From: Ilumatobacteraceae bacterium
GTDB taxonomy: Bacteria; Actinomycetota; Acidimicrobiia; Acidimicrobiales; Ilumatobacteraceae
Length of the DNA: 64,000 nucleotides
Assembly: GCA_963703525.1 (NCBI GenBank)
Contig: CAVPET010000021.1
Coordinates: forward strand, 8,446-72,445
Direction: 5' to 3'
The notes beneath the pieces were generated by a model. It worked only from the letters and a program-made list of their open reading frames with translations, did no database searches and was not told where the DNA came from. The first letter of the stretch is position 1. The number at the start of each line of letters is the position of its first letter. Below are positions 1 to 10,050 of the stretch, in pieces. The position numbers were made by a program, and so were the translations under genes.

Positions 1-3000
1 AAACCCACTCACACCGCTTCCCGCCGAGATCGCCGCGCTCGCCGTGCCGGTCGAGGTGTTGAAGTTCGACGGTTCCACGGACCTGATCTCCCAGGACGTG
101 CGCACGATCACCGTCGACACGGTGAACGGTGACGCGGGGTGCGACCTGACCCAACCCCCGTACGACATCAACGACTGCTCCCGGATCACGCTCAGCGGCG
201 TGAGCCACGGGCGGTTGCACATGGGTGCGATCACCACGATCGCCAACGGTGGTGGCCCCGGGATCACCGTCTACAAGCTGCCCAGCGGAGCCCGGATCGA
301 TCAGCCGTATCAGGTCGCCGCAGGCTCGTTCTCCCTCGGGATCAACGGCACACCCGATCAACTGAATGACGCGCTCGGAGATCTCGTGTACACGCCGGAT
401 GATGGCTACCACTACACCGGTGGACCGGGCGAAACCTTGAACATCGTCGTCGTCCCCGGCAACAGCGACGACGTCGACCCGCCCGACTCGACCGCTACGG
501 ACTCGATCGACATCCAGATCCGGGTGCTCGATGTCAATGACTTCCCGAGCCATGATGGGCCGACGGCGAAGGCGGCCGACGCGCAGATCGAACTGGTGAT
601 CCAGAACGAGTTCGCGGTTGCCGACGAAGACAACGACGAGATCGTCGACAACGATGCTCCGCCACCGCCGTGCCCCGCCGGTGACCCGGGTGGAGTCCTG
701 GGACCATGTCTCGACCCTGTCGACGGCGACGATCAGGACATGCTGCTCATCGGTTGGCTCGACTGTGGGCAACCCATTGATCCTGGTACGGGTTTCCACT
801 TCGGGAGCAGCATCTTCCAGTCCGACGATCTCACGATCGACGATCTGCTGATCGACCTGTTTCCGCTCGCGGACAACCCTGACTACCAGCTCGTGGTCGA
901 CGCCTTCCTCGACGGCCTCGACTTGATCGCACCGGAACTGAAAGACCTCGTGTGGGCAACCAGTAGTCCACTCGACTACACGACGGCGTTTGCCGGTGTC
1001 GCGTCGATCGACGAGATCCAGAACGCGCTCGACAACGTCTACTTCACGCACAACGCGCCGAATGACACGTGCACATTGGTCACCGTCGTGACTGACCTCG
1101 GCAACAACGGCCTTCCGCTGCAGTATGTCGGCACGCCATTTCCCGACCTGGCAGCGAGCGAACCCTTCGGCATCGAGATTCCGTTCTTCGGCTTCGACTT
1201 CAACGTGCTCGAGATCACCACGGGTGATCTCGAGGAAGTCGACGTGAGTTTCGACGTCGCACCGCTGCTGGTCGATGAAGGCGCGGGACCGGTCGAGGCG
1301 CTCGCCGAGCTGCACATCACGCCTGCGATCCACCCCGAATTCACGATCAAGTGGGACGCCGTTCCGAGGAGCACCGACCCCGACCCCATCCCGGTCGGGG
1401 TGGCGACACCCGGTGATGATTTCGCCGGGACGTTCAACAACACCCTCACGATCCCCGCGAACGAGGCGACCATCCCGATCTCCGGTCAGCTGCTTCCTTC
1501 CCCTGTGGCGACCAACGTTTTCGGCGACGCTCTTGACGAAGGAAACGAAACATTCAAGTTCGAACTCGACGTCGTGACGAATGCCCCACCTCTCGGCTGG
1601 GCGATCACGTCGGCGACCCCGACCCGAGACGTGGTGATCATCGACGACGACGACCCGGTGCGGACGCTGACGTCGGTGTCGGATTCGACGGTGACCGAAG
1701 GCGACTCCGGCACGCAGAACCTGACGTTCACGCTTGGCCTCGACGGCCCTGCCGATGGCAACGAGCAGGTCCAGGTCGACACGAGCAGTGTCGCGCCATC
1801 CGTCGCGGGCGTCGACTACACGGCAATCGTCGGGCAGACGGTGACGTTCGCCTACGGCGCGACGACGGCGACCGTGAACGTCGTCGTCCACGGTGACACC
1901 GCGATCGAAGGTGACGAGACGGTTACGCTCGCCGTGAGCAATCCGGTCGAGGTCACGCTGGGCGGCGACACCTCGGGTAACGGCACGATCACGAACGACG
2001 ACGTGGCGCCGACGGTCACGATCAATCAGGGCGCCATACAGGCCGATCCGACCAATGGCGCTTCGATCGTGTTCGACGTCGCGTTCGACAAGGTGGTCAC
2101 CGGGTTCGACGACGGAGCGACCGACGTGGTGCTGTCGGGAACTGCGGGAGGCCCGCTGAATGCCTCGATCTCGGGCAGTGGGGGGACCTACACGGTCACT
2201 GTCGCCGGCATGACGTCGAGCGGCACGGTGATCGCCGATGTTCCGGCGGGTGCAGCGAAGGACGCCGATATGCGGGACAACGTCGCATCGACGAGCACGG
2301 ACCATCAGGTCACCTACGACAACGACCGCCCGACCGTGACCATCAACCAGGCGGTCGGGCAGGCCGACCCGACCAGTTCGTCGCCGATCCTGTTCACGGC
2401 GGTGTTCAGCGAGCCGGTGACCGGCTTCGTCGACGGTGAGGTGGCGCTCACGGGAACGGCAAGCGCCACGACGGCGCTCGTGTCGGGGAGCGGGGCGACA
2501 TACACCGTCACCGTGAGCGCGATGACAGGGGAGGGAACGGTGATCGCCGACATTCTGGCCAACCGCGCAACCGACGCCGCCGGAAACCAGAACATGGCGT
2601 CGACGAGTAACGACCACACGGTGACGTTCGACTTCCCCGATGGTGACGTGACGCCGCCGTCGGTGACCATCGATCAGGGCGCCACACAGCTCGACCCGAC
2701 CAACGTCGCTTCGATCGTGTTCGACGTGGTGTTCACCGAATCTGTGAACGGATTCGGCGACTCGGCCGGCGACGTGACGCTGTCGGGCACAGCCGGCGGC
2801 ACGTTGAGCGCGGCCGTCAGTGGCAGCGGGACGACCTACGCGGTCACCGTCACCGGGATGACCTCGAGTGGCACGGTGATCGCCGCCGTGCCGGCCGGCG
2901 CCGCCGAGGACGCGGTGTTGCACGACAACGTCCTGTCGACGAGCGTCGACAATATGGTCACCTATGACGTCACCGGCCCGACGGTGAGCATCAACCAGGC

Positions 3001-3661
3001 GGTCGGGCAGGCCGACCCGACCAGTTCGTCGCCGATCCTGTTCACGGCGGTGTTCAGCGAGCCGGTGACCGGCTTCGTCGACGGTGAGGTGGCGCTCACG
3101 GGAACGGCAAGCGCCACGACGGCGCTCGTGTCGGGGAGCGGGGCGACATACACCATCACCGTGAGCGCGATGACAGGGGACGGAACGGTGATCGCCGATG
3201 TCCCGGCCGGAGTCGCCGCCGACCTGGCCGGCAACCTCAACGTGGCCTCGACCAGCACCGACAACATGGTCACCTTCGAAGTCGTTGCGGGAGACCCGAA
3301 CGATTCGTCTTCTTCGTCTTCTTCGTCTTCTTCGTCTTCGACGACATCGACGACATCGACGACATCGACGACACCGACCACACCGACGACACCGACCACA
3401 CCGACGACACCGACCACACCGACGACACCGACCACGGCACCCGGCACGACCTCCGCGACCGTGCCGAACCCACTCGCGACAGGTGGGGGCGCCACGCCTG
3501 ACCCGTTCGCCGGTAACGCTGCGCCGGGGCCGACCCTCGACCCGAGTGGCTACCTCCCGGCCACAGGATCGAACGCGAATGATCTACTGGTGCCGGCGGC
3601 GGCGGCGGTTATCTGCGGTGCCGTGTTGCTCGTGGTACGAAGGCGGAACGCCACGAGCTGA
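1..3661 (+). CDS. Large cell-wall-anchored surface protein. The 5' end is probably outside the window. Contains Calx-beta-like domains, four ~108-aa Ig-like repeats, a Ser/Thr/Pro stalk and a C-terminal LPXTG sortase signal.
   Basis: ORF 44..3661, with the frame open back to the window edge. Calx-beta-type motifs 'DEGNETFKFEL' and 'GDETVTLAV'. Repeats start (P)TV(T/S)INQ at ~2004, 2329, 2654 and 2977. Ser9/(TST)n/(TTP)n tract at 3300-3440. Tail 'LPATGSNANDLLVPAAAAVICGAVLLVVRRRN' is LPXTG + hydrophobic helix + basic end. Confidence 0.8.
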   Translation, partial: NPLTPLPAEIAALAVPVEVLKFDGSTDLISQDVRTITVDTVNGDAGCDLTQPPYDINDCSRITLSGVSHGRLHMGAITTIANGGGPGITVYKLPSGARIDQPYQVAAGSFSLGINGTPDQLNDALGDLVYTPDDGYHYTGGPGETLNIVVVPGNSDDVDPPDSTATDSIDIQIRVLDVNDFPSHDGPTAKAADAQIELVIQNEFAVADEDNDEIVDNDAPPPPCPAGDPGGVLGPCLDPVDGDDQDMLLIGWLDCGQPIDPGTGFHFGSSIFQSDDLTIDDLLIDLFPLADNPDYQLVVDAFLDGLDLIAPELKDLVWATSSPLDYTTAFAGVASIDEIQNALDNVYFTHNAPNDTCTLVTVVTDLGNNGLPLQYVGTPFPDLAASEPFGIEIPFFGFDFNVLEITTGDLEEVDVSFDVAPLLVDEGAGPVEALAELHITPAIHPEFTIKWDAVPRSTDPDPIPVGVATPGDDFAGTFNNTLTIPANEATIPISGQLLPSPVATNVFGDALDEGNETFKFELDVVTNAPPLGWAITSATPTRDVVIIDDDDPVRTLTSVSDSTVTEGDSGTQNLTFTLGLDGPADGNEQVQVDTSSVAPSVAGVDYTAIVGQTVTFAYGATTATVNVVVHGDTAIEGDETVTLAVSNPVEVTLGGDTSGNGTITNDDVAPTVTINQGAIQADPTNGASIVFDVAFDKVVTGFDDGATDVVLSGTAGGPLNASISGSGGTYTVTVAGMTSSGTVIADVPAGAAKDADMRDNVASTSTDHQVTYDNDRPTVTINQAVGQADPTSSSPILFTAVFSEPVTGFVDGEVALTGTASATTALVSGSGATYTVTVSAMTGEGTVIADILANRATDAAGNQNMASTSNDHTVTFDFPDGDVTPPSVTIDQGATQLDPTNVASIVFDVVFTESVNGFGDSAGDVTLSGTAGGTLSAAVSGSGTTYAVTVTGMTSSGTVIAAVPAGAAEDAVLHDNVLSTSVDNMVTYDVTGPTVSINQAVGQADPTSSSPILFTAVFSEPVTGFVDGEVALTGTASATTALVSGSGATYTITVSAMTGDGTVIADVPAGVAADLAGNLNVASTSTDNMVTFEVVAGDPNDSSSSSSSSSSSSTTSTTSTTSTTPTTPTTPTTPTTPTTPTTPTTAPGTTSATVPNPLATGGGATPDPFAGNAAPGPTLDPSGYLPATGSNANDLLVPAAAAVICGAVLLVVRRRNATS

Positions 3662-3759
3662 CGAGTCCGGTGAGATCGGGCGTGGACCCACACGCACGCC
3701 TGATCCCATCCGCGCCACCCGCGTAGCACAGGGAGCGTGAAATCAGGCGGATTTGGCCA

Positions 3760-3788
3760 TTGGAACTGTGAAATCCCACCGCTAGCAT
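3760..3788 (+). promoter_or_regulatory. Candidate sigma-70-type promoter of the infA operon (TTGGAA - 17 nt - TAGCAT)
   Basis: Hexamers read at 3760-3765 and 3783-3788 in the ~260-nt non-coding gap upstream of infA. Motif match only. Confidence 0.3.
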
Positions 3789-3922
3789 TGTTTCCCGGCC
3801 TGTCGTCAGGTCTGTCAGTTCACGTCCGCTTCGACCGTTCGACCCCGCCGGGTCTGCTGTCGTGCCCGATTCACGGTCAAATCTCCAGCGCACACTGCGC
3901 CGGAGCAAACGAGGAGAAGCCC

Positions 3923-4147
3923 CTGCCCAAGCCCAAGGAAGACGCCATCGTGCTCGAAGGCACGATCCGCGAGTCGCTTCCGAACGCCATGTTCAAGGTC
4001 GAACTGGAAAACGGCCATGCAGTCCTGGCGCACATCTCCGGCAAGATGCGGATGCACTACATCCGCATCCTTCCCGGCGACAAGGTGCAGGTGGAACTCA
4101 CCCCTTACGACCTCACCCGGGGTCGTATCACGTACCGCTACAAGTAG
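3923..4147 (+). CDS. infA: Translation initiation factor IF-1
   Basis: Frame of ORF 3737..4147. '[70 protein letters not shown]' matches IF-1 end to end. There is no ATG/GTG/TTG at the conserved N-terminus. CTG 3923 follows GAGGAG (3911-3916). GTG 3950 would remove conserved residues. The 5' end is uncertain. Confidence 0.85.
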   Translation: MPKPKEDAIVLEGTIRESLPNAMFKVELENGHAVLAHISGKMRMHYIRILPGDKVQVELTPYDLTRGRITYRYK

Positions 4148-4167
4148 ATGACAAGTAGAGAGCAACC

Positions 4168-4281
4168 ATGAAAGTACGGCCGAGCGTCAAGCCGATGTGC
4201 GACAACTGCAAGGTGATCCGTCGTCACCGTCGGATCATGGTCATCTGCACGAACCCCCGCCACAAGCAGCGGCAGGGCTGA
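4168..4281 (+). CDS. rpmJ: 50S ribosomal protein L36
   Basis: Below the ORF-track size cut-off; translated by hand. ATG 4168 to TGA 4279-4281 gives [37 protein letters not shown], a typical L36. Position between infA and rpsM is as expected. Confidence 0.9.
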   Translation: MKVRPSVKPMCDNCKVIRRHRRIMVICTNPRHKQRQG

Positions 4282-4294
4282 GGAGTACCCCCCC

Positions 4295-4675
4295 ATGGCA
4301 CGTATTGCCGGCGTCGACATCCCCCGCGAGAAGCGGCTGGAGATCTCCCTCACCTACATCTTCGGAATCGGCCTGCCGACGTCGCAGAAGGTCTGCGCCG
4401 AACTCGGGCTCGACCCGAACACGAAGGTCTCGAACCTGACCGAGGACGAGGTCAACCGGATCCGTTCCTACATCGATCAGAACCTGAAGATCGAAGGTGA
4501 CCTGCGCCGTGACGTGCAGGGCGACATCAAGCGCAAGATCGAGATCGGCTGCCTGCAGGGCATCCGGCATCGTAAGGGCCTGCCGGTCCGCGGGCAGCGC
4601 ACCCACACCAACGCCCGCACCCGTAAGGGCCCGAAGCGCACGGTCGCCAACAAGAAGAAGGCAGTGAGGAAGTAA
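4295..4675 (+). CDS. rpsM: 30S ribosomal protein S13
   Basis: ORF 4295..4675. [26 protein letters not shown]... is canonical S13. Confidence 0.95.
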   Translation: MARIAGVDIPREKRLEISLTYIFGIGLPTSQKVCAELGLDPNTKVSNLTEDEVNRIRSYIDQNLKIEGDLRRDVQGDIKRKIEIGCLQGIRHRKGLPVRGQRTHTNARTRKGPKRTVANKKKAVRK

Positions 4676-5070
4676 TGGCCAAGCCAACGCCAACGCGTCG
4701 CCCGCGCAAGCGCGACCGCAAGAACGTGAGCACGGGTATCGTCCACATCAAGAGTTCGTTCAACAACACGATCGTCTCGATCACCGACACCGAGGGCAAC
4801 GTCATCGCGTGGGCGTCCTCCGGCGCCGTCGGTTACAAGGGCAGCCGCAAGAGCACCCCGTTCGCCGCGCAGCTCGCGGCGGAAAAGGCCGGCAAGGCCG
4901 CCATCGAGCACGGCATGCGCCGCGCCGAAGTCCAGGTCAAGGGCCCGGGTTCAGGGCGCGACACGGCGGTCCGCTCCATCCAGCAGACGGGTATCGAGGT
5001 CACCTCGATCAAGGATGTCACCCCGGTACCGCACAACGGTTGCCGCCAGCCGAAGCGCCGGCGCGGCTAA
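4675..5070 (+). CDS. rpsK: 30S ribosomal protein S11
   Basis: ORF 4675..5070. ...[30 protein letters not shown]... The ATG overlaps the rpsM stop (TAATG). Confidence 0.95.
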   Translation: MAKPTPTRRPRKRDRKNVSTGIVHIKSSFNNTIVSITDTEGNVIAWASSGAVGYKGSRKSTPFAAQLAAEKAGKAAIEHGMRRAEVQVKGPGSGRDTAVRSIQQTGIEVTSIKDVTPVPHNGCRQPKRRRG

Positions 5071-5084
5071 GGAGACGACTGACC

Positions 5085-5702
5085 ATGGCTCGATACACCG
5101 GTCCGAAGGTGCGCATCTCGCGTCGCCTCGGCACGAACATCTTCGAGAACGAAAAGGGCCGCAAGGCGCTCGATCGTCGGCCCTTCCCGCCCGGTCAGCA
5201 CGGCCGCACGCGCCGCCGCAACGCCGGCAGTGAATACCTCGCCCAGATGCAGGAGAAGCAGAAGGCGAAGTACATCTACGGCGTGCTCGAAAAGCAGTTC
5301 CACAAGACCTACGAAGAAGCGATCCGCCTTCCCGGGCCGACCGGTGAGATCCTGCTGCGTCTGCTCGAGCAGCGCCTCGACAACGTCGTCTACCGCGCCG
5401 GTTGGGCGTCGAGCCGCCCGCAGGCCCGCCAGTTCGTCAACCACGGCCTGATCAGTGTCGACGGCAAGCGTGTCGACATCGCCAGCTACCGCTGCAAGAA
5501 AGGCCAGGTCGTCACGCTGTCGCCGAAGGCGCAGAAGATGATCGTCATCCAGCACAACATCGATGTACTCGATCGGACCCTCGTCGGGTGGCTCGAGGCG
5601 GGCGACGGCGGCAAGCAGGTCACCGTGCGCAACCTCCCCGAGCGCGAGCACATCGACGTCCCCGTCCGCGAGTCGCTCATCGTCGAGCTCTACTCCAAGT
5701 AA
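5085..5702 (+). CDS. rpsD: 30S ribosomal protein S4
   Basis: ATG 5085 inside ORF 4809..5702. MARYTGPKVRISRRLGTNIF...LIVELYSK. An AAGGAG sits 8 nt upstream. The upstream part of the ORF is out-of-frame overlap with rpsK. Confidence 0.95.
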   Translation: MARYTGPKVRISRRLGTNIFENEKGRKALDRRPFPPGQHGRTRRRNAGSEYLAQMQEKQKAKYIYGVLEKQFHKTYEEAIRLPGPTGEILLRLLEQRLDNVVYRAGWASSRPQARQFVNHGLISVDGKRVDIASYRCKKGQVVTLSPKAQKMIVIQHNIDVLDRTLVGWLEAGDGGKQVTVRNLPEREHIDVPVRESLIVELYSK

Positions 5703-5800
5703 TCGCTCTTGCACGGGTCGCCCGGCACGCCGGAGACCCGCACTCGAAACACCCCATACTCGAAACACACGAACGAAGTCGTTGAAAGGTCCTGGCACCA

Positions 5801-6735
5801 ATGCTCGTCATGCAGCGCCCCACCATCGAAGCTCTCGGTGAGGAGTCCGACAATCGCCAGCGTTTCGCGATCGGGCCGCTCGAGCCGGGCTTCGGTCACA
5901 CCCTCGGCAACTCCCTGCGGCGCACACTGCTGTCGTCGATCCCGGGTGCAGCCATCACCATGGCCCGTTTCGACGACTCGCTCCACGAGTTCGACACGAT
6001 CAGTGGTGTCGCCGAGGACGTCACCGACGTGATCCTGAACTTGAAGGACATCGTGCTCACCTCGTTCGCCGAGGAACCCGTCACGCTGCGTCTCGACGCA
6101 CGTGGCCCCGCGGACGTCACCGCTGCCGACATCGAGTGCCCGGCCGATGTCGAGATCCTCAACAAGGACCTGCACATCGCCACTGTCAACGCGAAGGGCC
6201 GCCTCGCCATCGACCTCACCGTCGAGCAGGGCCGTGGCTACCTGTCGAGCAACCGTGAAGACGACGGCCGCACGATCGGTGTCATCCCGATCGATGCGAT
6301 CTTCAGCCCGGTCCGCCGGGTGGCGTTCGACGTCGAGCCGACCCGCGTCGAGCAGGCCACCAACTACGACCGTCTGGTGCTCGAGATCGAGACCGACGGT
6401 TCGATCACCCCGTCCGAACGCGCTCGCCTCGGCCGGCGCCACGCTGCGCTCGCTCGTCGATCTCGTCGCCGGCATGTCCGACGAACCCAAGGGCCTCGAA
6501 CTCGGCGAGATCGTCGACGCCGACCGTCAGCTCACCCGACCTCGACCTGCCGATCGAAGAACTCGATCTCTCCGAGCGCCCGAACAACTGCCTCAAGCGG
6601 GCCCAGGTCAACACGGTCGGTGAGCTGCTCACCAAGACCGAGGACGACCTGCTGAACATCACCAACTTCGGGCAGAAGAGCCTCGACGAAGTGAAGGCCA
6701 AGCTCGACGAGCGTGGCCTCAGCCTGCGCGGCTGA
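5801..6735 (+). pseudogene. rpoA: DNA-directed RNA polymerase alpha subunit, with the reading frame interrupted by two +1 shifts (near 6419 and 6535-6537)
   Basis: The N-terminal domain is in the frame of ORF 5801 up to ...[13 protein letters not shown]. The continuation [39 protein letters not shown] is in the frame of ORF 6102..6623. The C-terminal domain [31 protein letters not shown]...ERGLSLRG is in the third frame, ending at TGA 6733-6735. Confidence 0.9.
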
Positions 6736-6780
6736 TCCGCGACGGGTCGGCTGCCGAGAACTACGAAAGACGACTGAACC

Positions 6781-7149
6781 ATGCCAACACCACGCCGCTC
6801 CAACCGATTCGGGCACTCAGCAGCGCACCAGCGCCTGATGATGGCCAACCTTGCCGCGTCGCTGTTCGCCGCCGAGGCCATCACCACGACCGAGGCCAAG
6901 GCCAAGCACCTCCGCCCGATCGCCGAGAAGCTCATCACCAAGGCCAAGAAGGCACAAGAGCCCGGTCCGATGCAGGTTCACCGGATCCGTCAGATCCAGG
7001 GCTTCCTCGGCGACCAGGAGATGACCTACAAGTTGGTCCACGATGTCGCTCCCCGCTACGTCGAGCGCAACGGCGGGTACACCCGCATCCTGAAGATGGG
7101 CCCGCGTTCGGGCGACAACGCCCAGATGGCTCGCATCGAGCTCGTCTAG
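6781..7149 (+). CDS. rplQ: 50S ribosomal protein L17
   Basis: ORF 6781..7149. ...GHSAAHQRLMMANLAASLF...GGYTRILKMGPRSGDNAQMARIELV. Confidence 0.95.
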   Translation: MPTPRRSNRFGHSAAHQRLMMANLAASLFAAEAITTTEAKAKHLRPIAEKLITKAKKAQEPGPMQVHRIRQIQGFLGDQEMTYKLVHDVAPRYVERNGGYTRILKMGPRSGDNAQMARIELV

Positions 7150-7155
7150 TCGGGC

Positions 7156-7954
7156 ATGTCACAACGGACGCGCAACGTCCGGATGACGGTCGCGTACGAC
7201 GGCACTGATTTCCACGGATTCGCCGTCGGCGGCGAGCCGCCCACCGTAATGGGCGAACTGACCACGGCGATCGAGCGACGTGGTGCGCTGTTCGCCGCTC
7301 GATCTCGTCGGCGCCGGGAGGACCGATGCCGGTGTACACGGCTGGGGCCAGGTCGTCAGCGGCCTGCTGCCCGACACCACGGACCTGGCGAGGCTCACCC
7401 GCAGCGTCAACGCACTGTGTGCGCCGACGATCGCCGTGCGCTCCGTCGAGTGGGCCGAACCCGACTTCTCCGCACGATTCTCGGCGACGTCACGGACCTA
7501 CCGCTACGAGATCTGGAACCATCCGGAACCGAATCCGCTGGTCGCGCGGACGTCGTGGCACGTGCCGTGGCCCCTCGATGTCGACTCGATGCGGATCGGC
7601 GCCCGGTCGCTCATCGGTGAGCACGACTTCTCGTCGTTCTGCAGGCGACCCAAACCCCGCGTCGGCCACGACGCGCCGAGCCTCGTGCGCCGCCTCGTCG
7701 ACGCCGAATGGTCGATGATCGAGACGGCGCACGGCCCGATGACCCGCTTCGAGGTCACGGCGACGTCGTACTGCCACCAGATGGTGCGAAGCATCGTCGG
7801 CACCCTCGTCGACGTCGGGCTCGGCAGGCGCGCATCGTCGTCCGTCGCGGCGACGATGAGCGCCCTCGACCGCTCGACCGCCGGGCCGGTGGCGCCACCC
7901 AACGGGCTCGTCCTGTGGGCGGTCGACTACCGGGGAACGCGTTGGAACGTCTGA
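7156..7954 (+). pseudogene. truA: tRNA pseudouridine(38-40) synthase TruA, with one +1 frame break near 7279
   Basis: ORF 7156 gives MSQRTRNVRMTVAYDGTDFHGFA...ELTTAIER and then junk. ORF 7280..7954 continues VVRCSPLDLVGAGRTDAGVHGWGQVV...FSSFC..., carrying the catalytic GRTDAGVH motif. Confidence 0.85.
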
Positions 7955-10050
7955 ACCTGCTCGATCGGCACGATACGCGGCATCATCGTCAGCATCTCGT
8001 CGGCCGACACGGCCGCGGAATAGAGCCAACCCTGGAATGCGGAGCACCCCAGCTCGACCAGACGGTCACGCTGGTAGGGCTGCTCGACACCTTCGGCGAC
8101 ACAGGTCAGCCGCAGGCTCTCGCTCAACCCGATGATCGCTGTGGTCAGGTTGGTCGCGGCAGGGTCGATGTCGATGCCGGCGACGAAACGTCGGTCGATC
8201 TTCACGCCGTCGACCGGAAGCTCCAAGAGGTGCGCGAGGCTCGAATAGCCGGTACCGAAGTCGTCGATCGACACGTGGATGCCGGCGAAGCGCAGCTTCT
8301 GCATGTTCGCCAATGACGACGCTCCGGGCGAAAGCAGATCGGTCTCGGTGATCTCCACGACGAGCTGCGCCGGATTGGCGCCGGCCCGCCGGCAACGGTC
8401 GAGGAACGACACCCCGAACGCCGGTTGGGCGATCACCTTCGGATCGATGTTGACGTGCACTTCGGTGCTGCCGTGGCCGGCGTCGGTGAGCTGCACGGCG
8501 AAGTCGAGCGCCCGGTCGAGGACACAGTCGTCGACCGCTTCGGCGAGCCCGGCCATTTGCGCCAACGGAAGGATTTCGCTCACGCCGAGCACGCCCCGCA
8601 GCGGATGGACCCATCGCACCAGCGCCTCGACAGCGATGATCGTGCCCGCCGGGTCGACGATCGGCTGGTAGAACGGCCGGATCTCACCGTTGGTGAGGGC
8701 GGTGCGGAGCTGGTCGAGCTGGCGGCGTCGTTCGTTGATGGCATCGACCGAAATGCCGGTCGTGTCCGCTTCGGCGAATCGCTTTGCGGACATCAGCTCG
8801 TTGCTCGCGCTCACCATCAGCGAGTCGAGCCCGTCGGGCCGCGCTTCGAATGCGGTCGCGGTCCGGATCCGGAAGTTGACCTCCTGATCGCCGACGACGA
8901 TCGGCTGTGACACGTCACGGCGGATTCGATCCCGCAGCATCTCTACGGCCCCGTGGCTCGCGGTGCGAACGGCGAGCACGAACTCGTCGCCACCGAGGCG
9001 CGCCGTGACGAGGTCGGGCCAACGGATCTTGTCGATCCGGTCGGCGACTGCGCTCAGCACGGCGTCGCCGACCGGCTCCCCGTAGAGCTCGTTGATCGAG
9101 CGGAAGTGGACGATGTCGATGAGCAGGATCCCGAGCCCGCCGCCCAGATCTATCAGGTCCCTGGCATTGCGCATGAAGCCGTCGCGGTTCAGCAATCCGG
9201 TTCGGCTGTCGTGCTCGGCGAGGAAGTTCACCCGGTTCCGGGCGTCGGTGAGCGCCGTCGCGGTCTGCGCACTGATCACGTAGCTGCGCACGACAGGGTC
9301 GTCGAGCAGGTTGTTGACCGTGAACTCGCAGAGGACGTCGTCGCCGCTTCCGGTCACGAGACGCGCGTCGAGTGTCAACGAAGAATGCGGCCCGACCGAT
9401 CGGACCGTATTGAGGATGAGTTCGCGGTCTTCATCGTGCAGGTAGTCGAGGATCGATCGGCCGCGAACGGCCTCGGGGTCGTAGCCGAGCAGTCTGGTGA
9501 CCGCGCCGTTGACCGACCGGATGAGACCGTTCTCGTCGACCAGCACGACCATGCCGTGCATGTTTGCCATCACCGTTCGCAGCACTCCGGCATCGCCGTG
9601 CTCGAAGTCGAGCCGATAGCGGTCCGTGACGTCGCGCGCGACGATCACGATCATTCCCGCATCGCCGTTTTCGTCGGCAGGGTCGTCGTGGTCGTTGCCC
9701 GCTGCGCTGTCGTTGTTGTCCGCCGTCATCCGGTGGGCGCCACGCAGTTCGAGATAGATCCAAGAACCGACGCGAGTCCGCGCTCGGATCGTGACCAGCT
9801 CGCCGATTGTCTTGGCGGTGACGGACTGCATGGCCGACGTGGCGACGGCCAAGTCGGCCGGGTGGACGAGATCGAGCACCGACGTTCCGATCAGCTCATC
9901 GGCCTCCCAGCCGAGCACCCTTTCGGCCATGGCGTTCGCATACAGCAGTGCGCCATCAGCGGTGACAGCCAAGACCGGGTCACCGAGGGTGTCCAACGAC
10001 GGCGGGCCAGAGATGGCGCGAGGTCTCGACTCGGCGGATGCCACGGTCAT
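7927..10050 (-). CDS. PAS/PAS-GGDEF-EAL signalling protein (diguanylate cyclase / c-di-GMP phosphodiesterase)
   Basis: ORF 7927..10050. Two PAS-like segments, then 'RLGGDEFVLAV', 'AVEALVRW', 'VVEITE' and 'DDFGTGYSSL'. The 3' end overlaps truA convergently by 28 nt. Confidence 0.85.
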   Translation of the reverse strand: MTVASAESRPRAISGPPSLDTLGDPVLAVTADGALLYANAMAERVLGWEADELIGTSVLDLVHPADLAVATSAMQSVTAKTIGELVTIRARTRVGSWIYLELRGAHRMTADNNDSAAGNDHDDPADENGDAGMIVIVARDVTDRYRLDFEHGDAGVLRTVMANMHGMVVLVDENGLIRSVNGAVTRLLGYDPEAVRGRSILDYLHDEDRELILNTVRSVGPHSSLTLDARLVTGSGDDVLCEFTVNNLLDDPVVRSYVISAQTATALTDARNRVNFLAEHDSRTGLLNRDGFMRNARDLIDLGGGLGILLIDIVHFRSINELYGEPVGDAVLSAVADRIDKIRWPDLVTARLGGDEFVLAVRTASHGAVEMLRDRIRRDVSQPIVVGDQEVNFRIRTATAFEARPDGLDSLMVSASNELMSAKRFAEADTTGISVDAINERRRQLDQLRTALTNGEIRPFYQPIVDPAGTIIAVEALVRWVHPLRGVLGVSEILPLAQMAGLAEAVDDCVLDRALDFAVQLTDAGHGSTEVHVNIDPKVIAQPAFGVSFLDRCRRAGANPAQLVVEITETDLLSPGASSLANMQKLRFAGIHVSIDDFGTGYSSLAHLLELPVDGVKIDRRFVAGIDIDPAATNLTTAIIGLSESLRLTCVAEGVEQPYQRDRLVELGCSAFQGWLYSAAVSADEMLTMMPRIVPIEQVQTFQRVPR

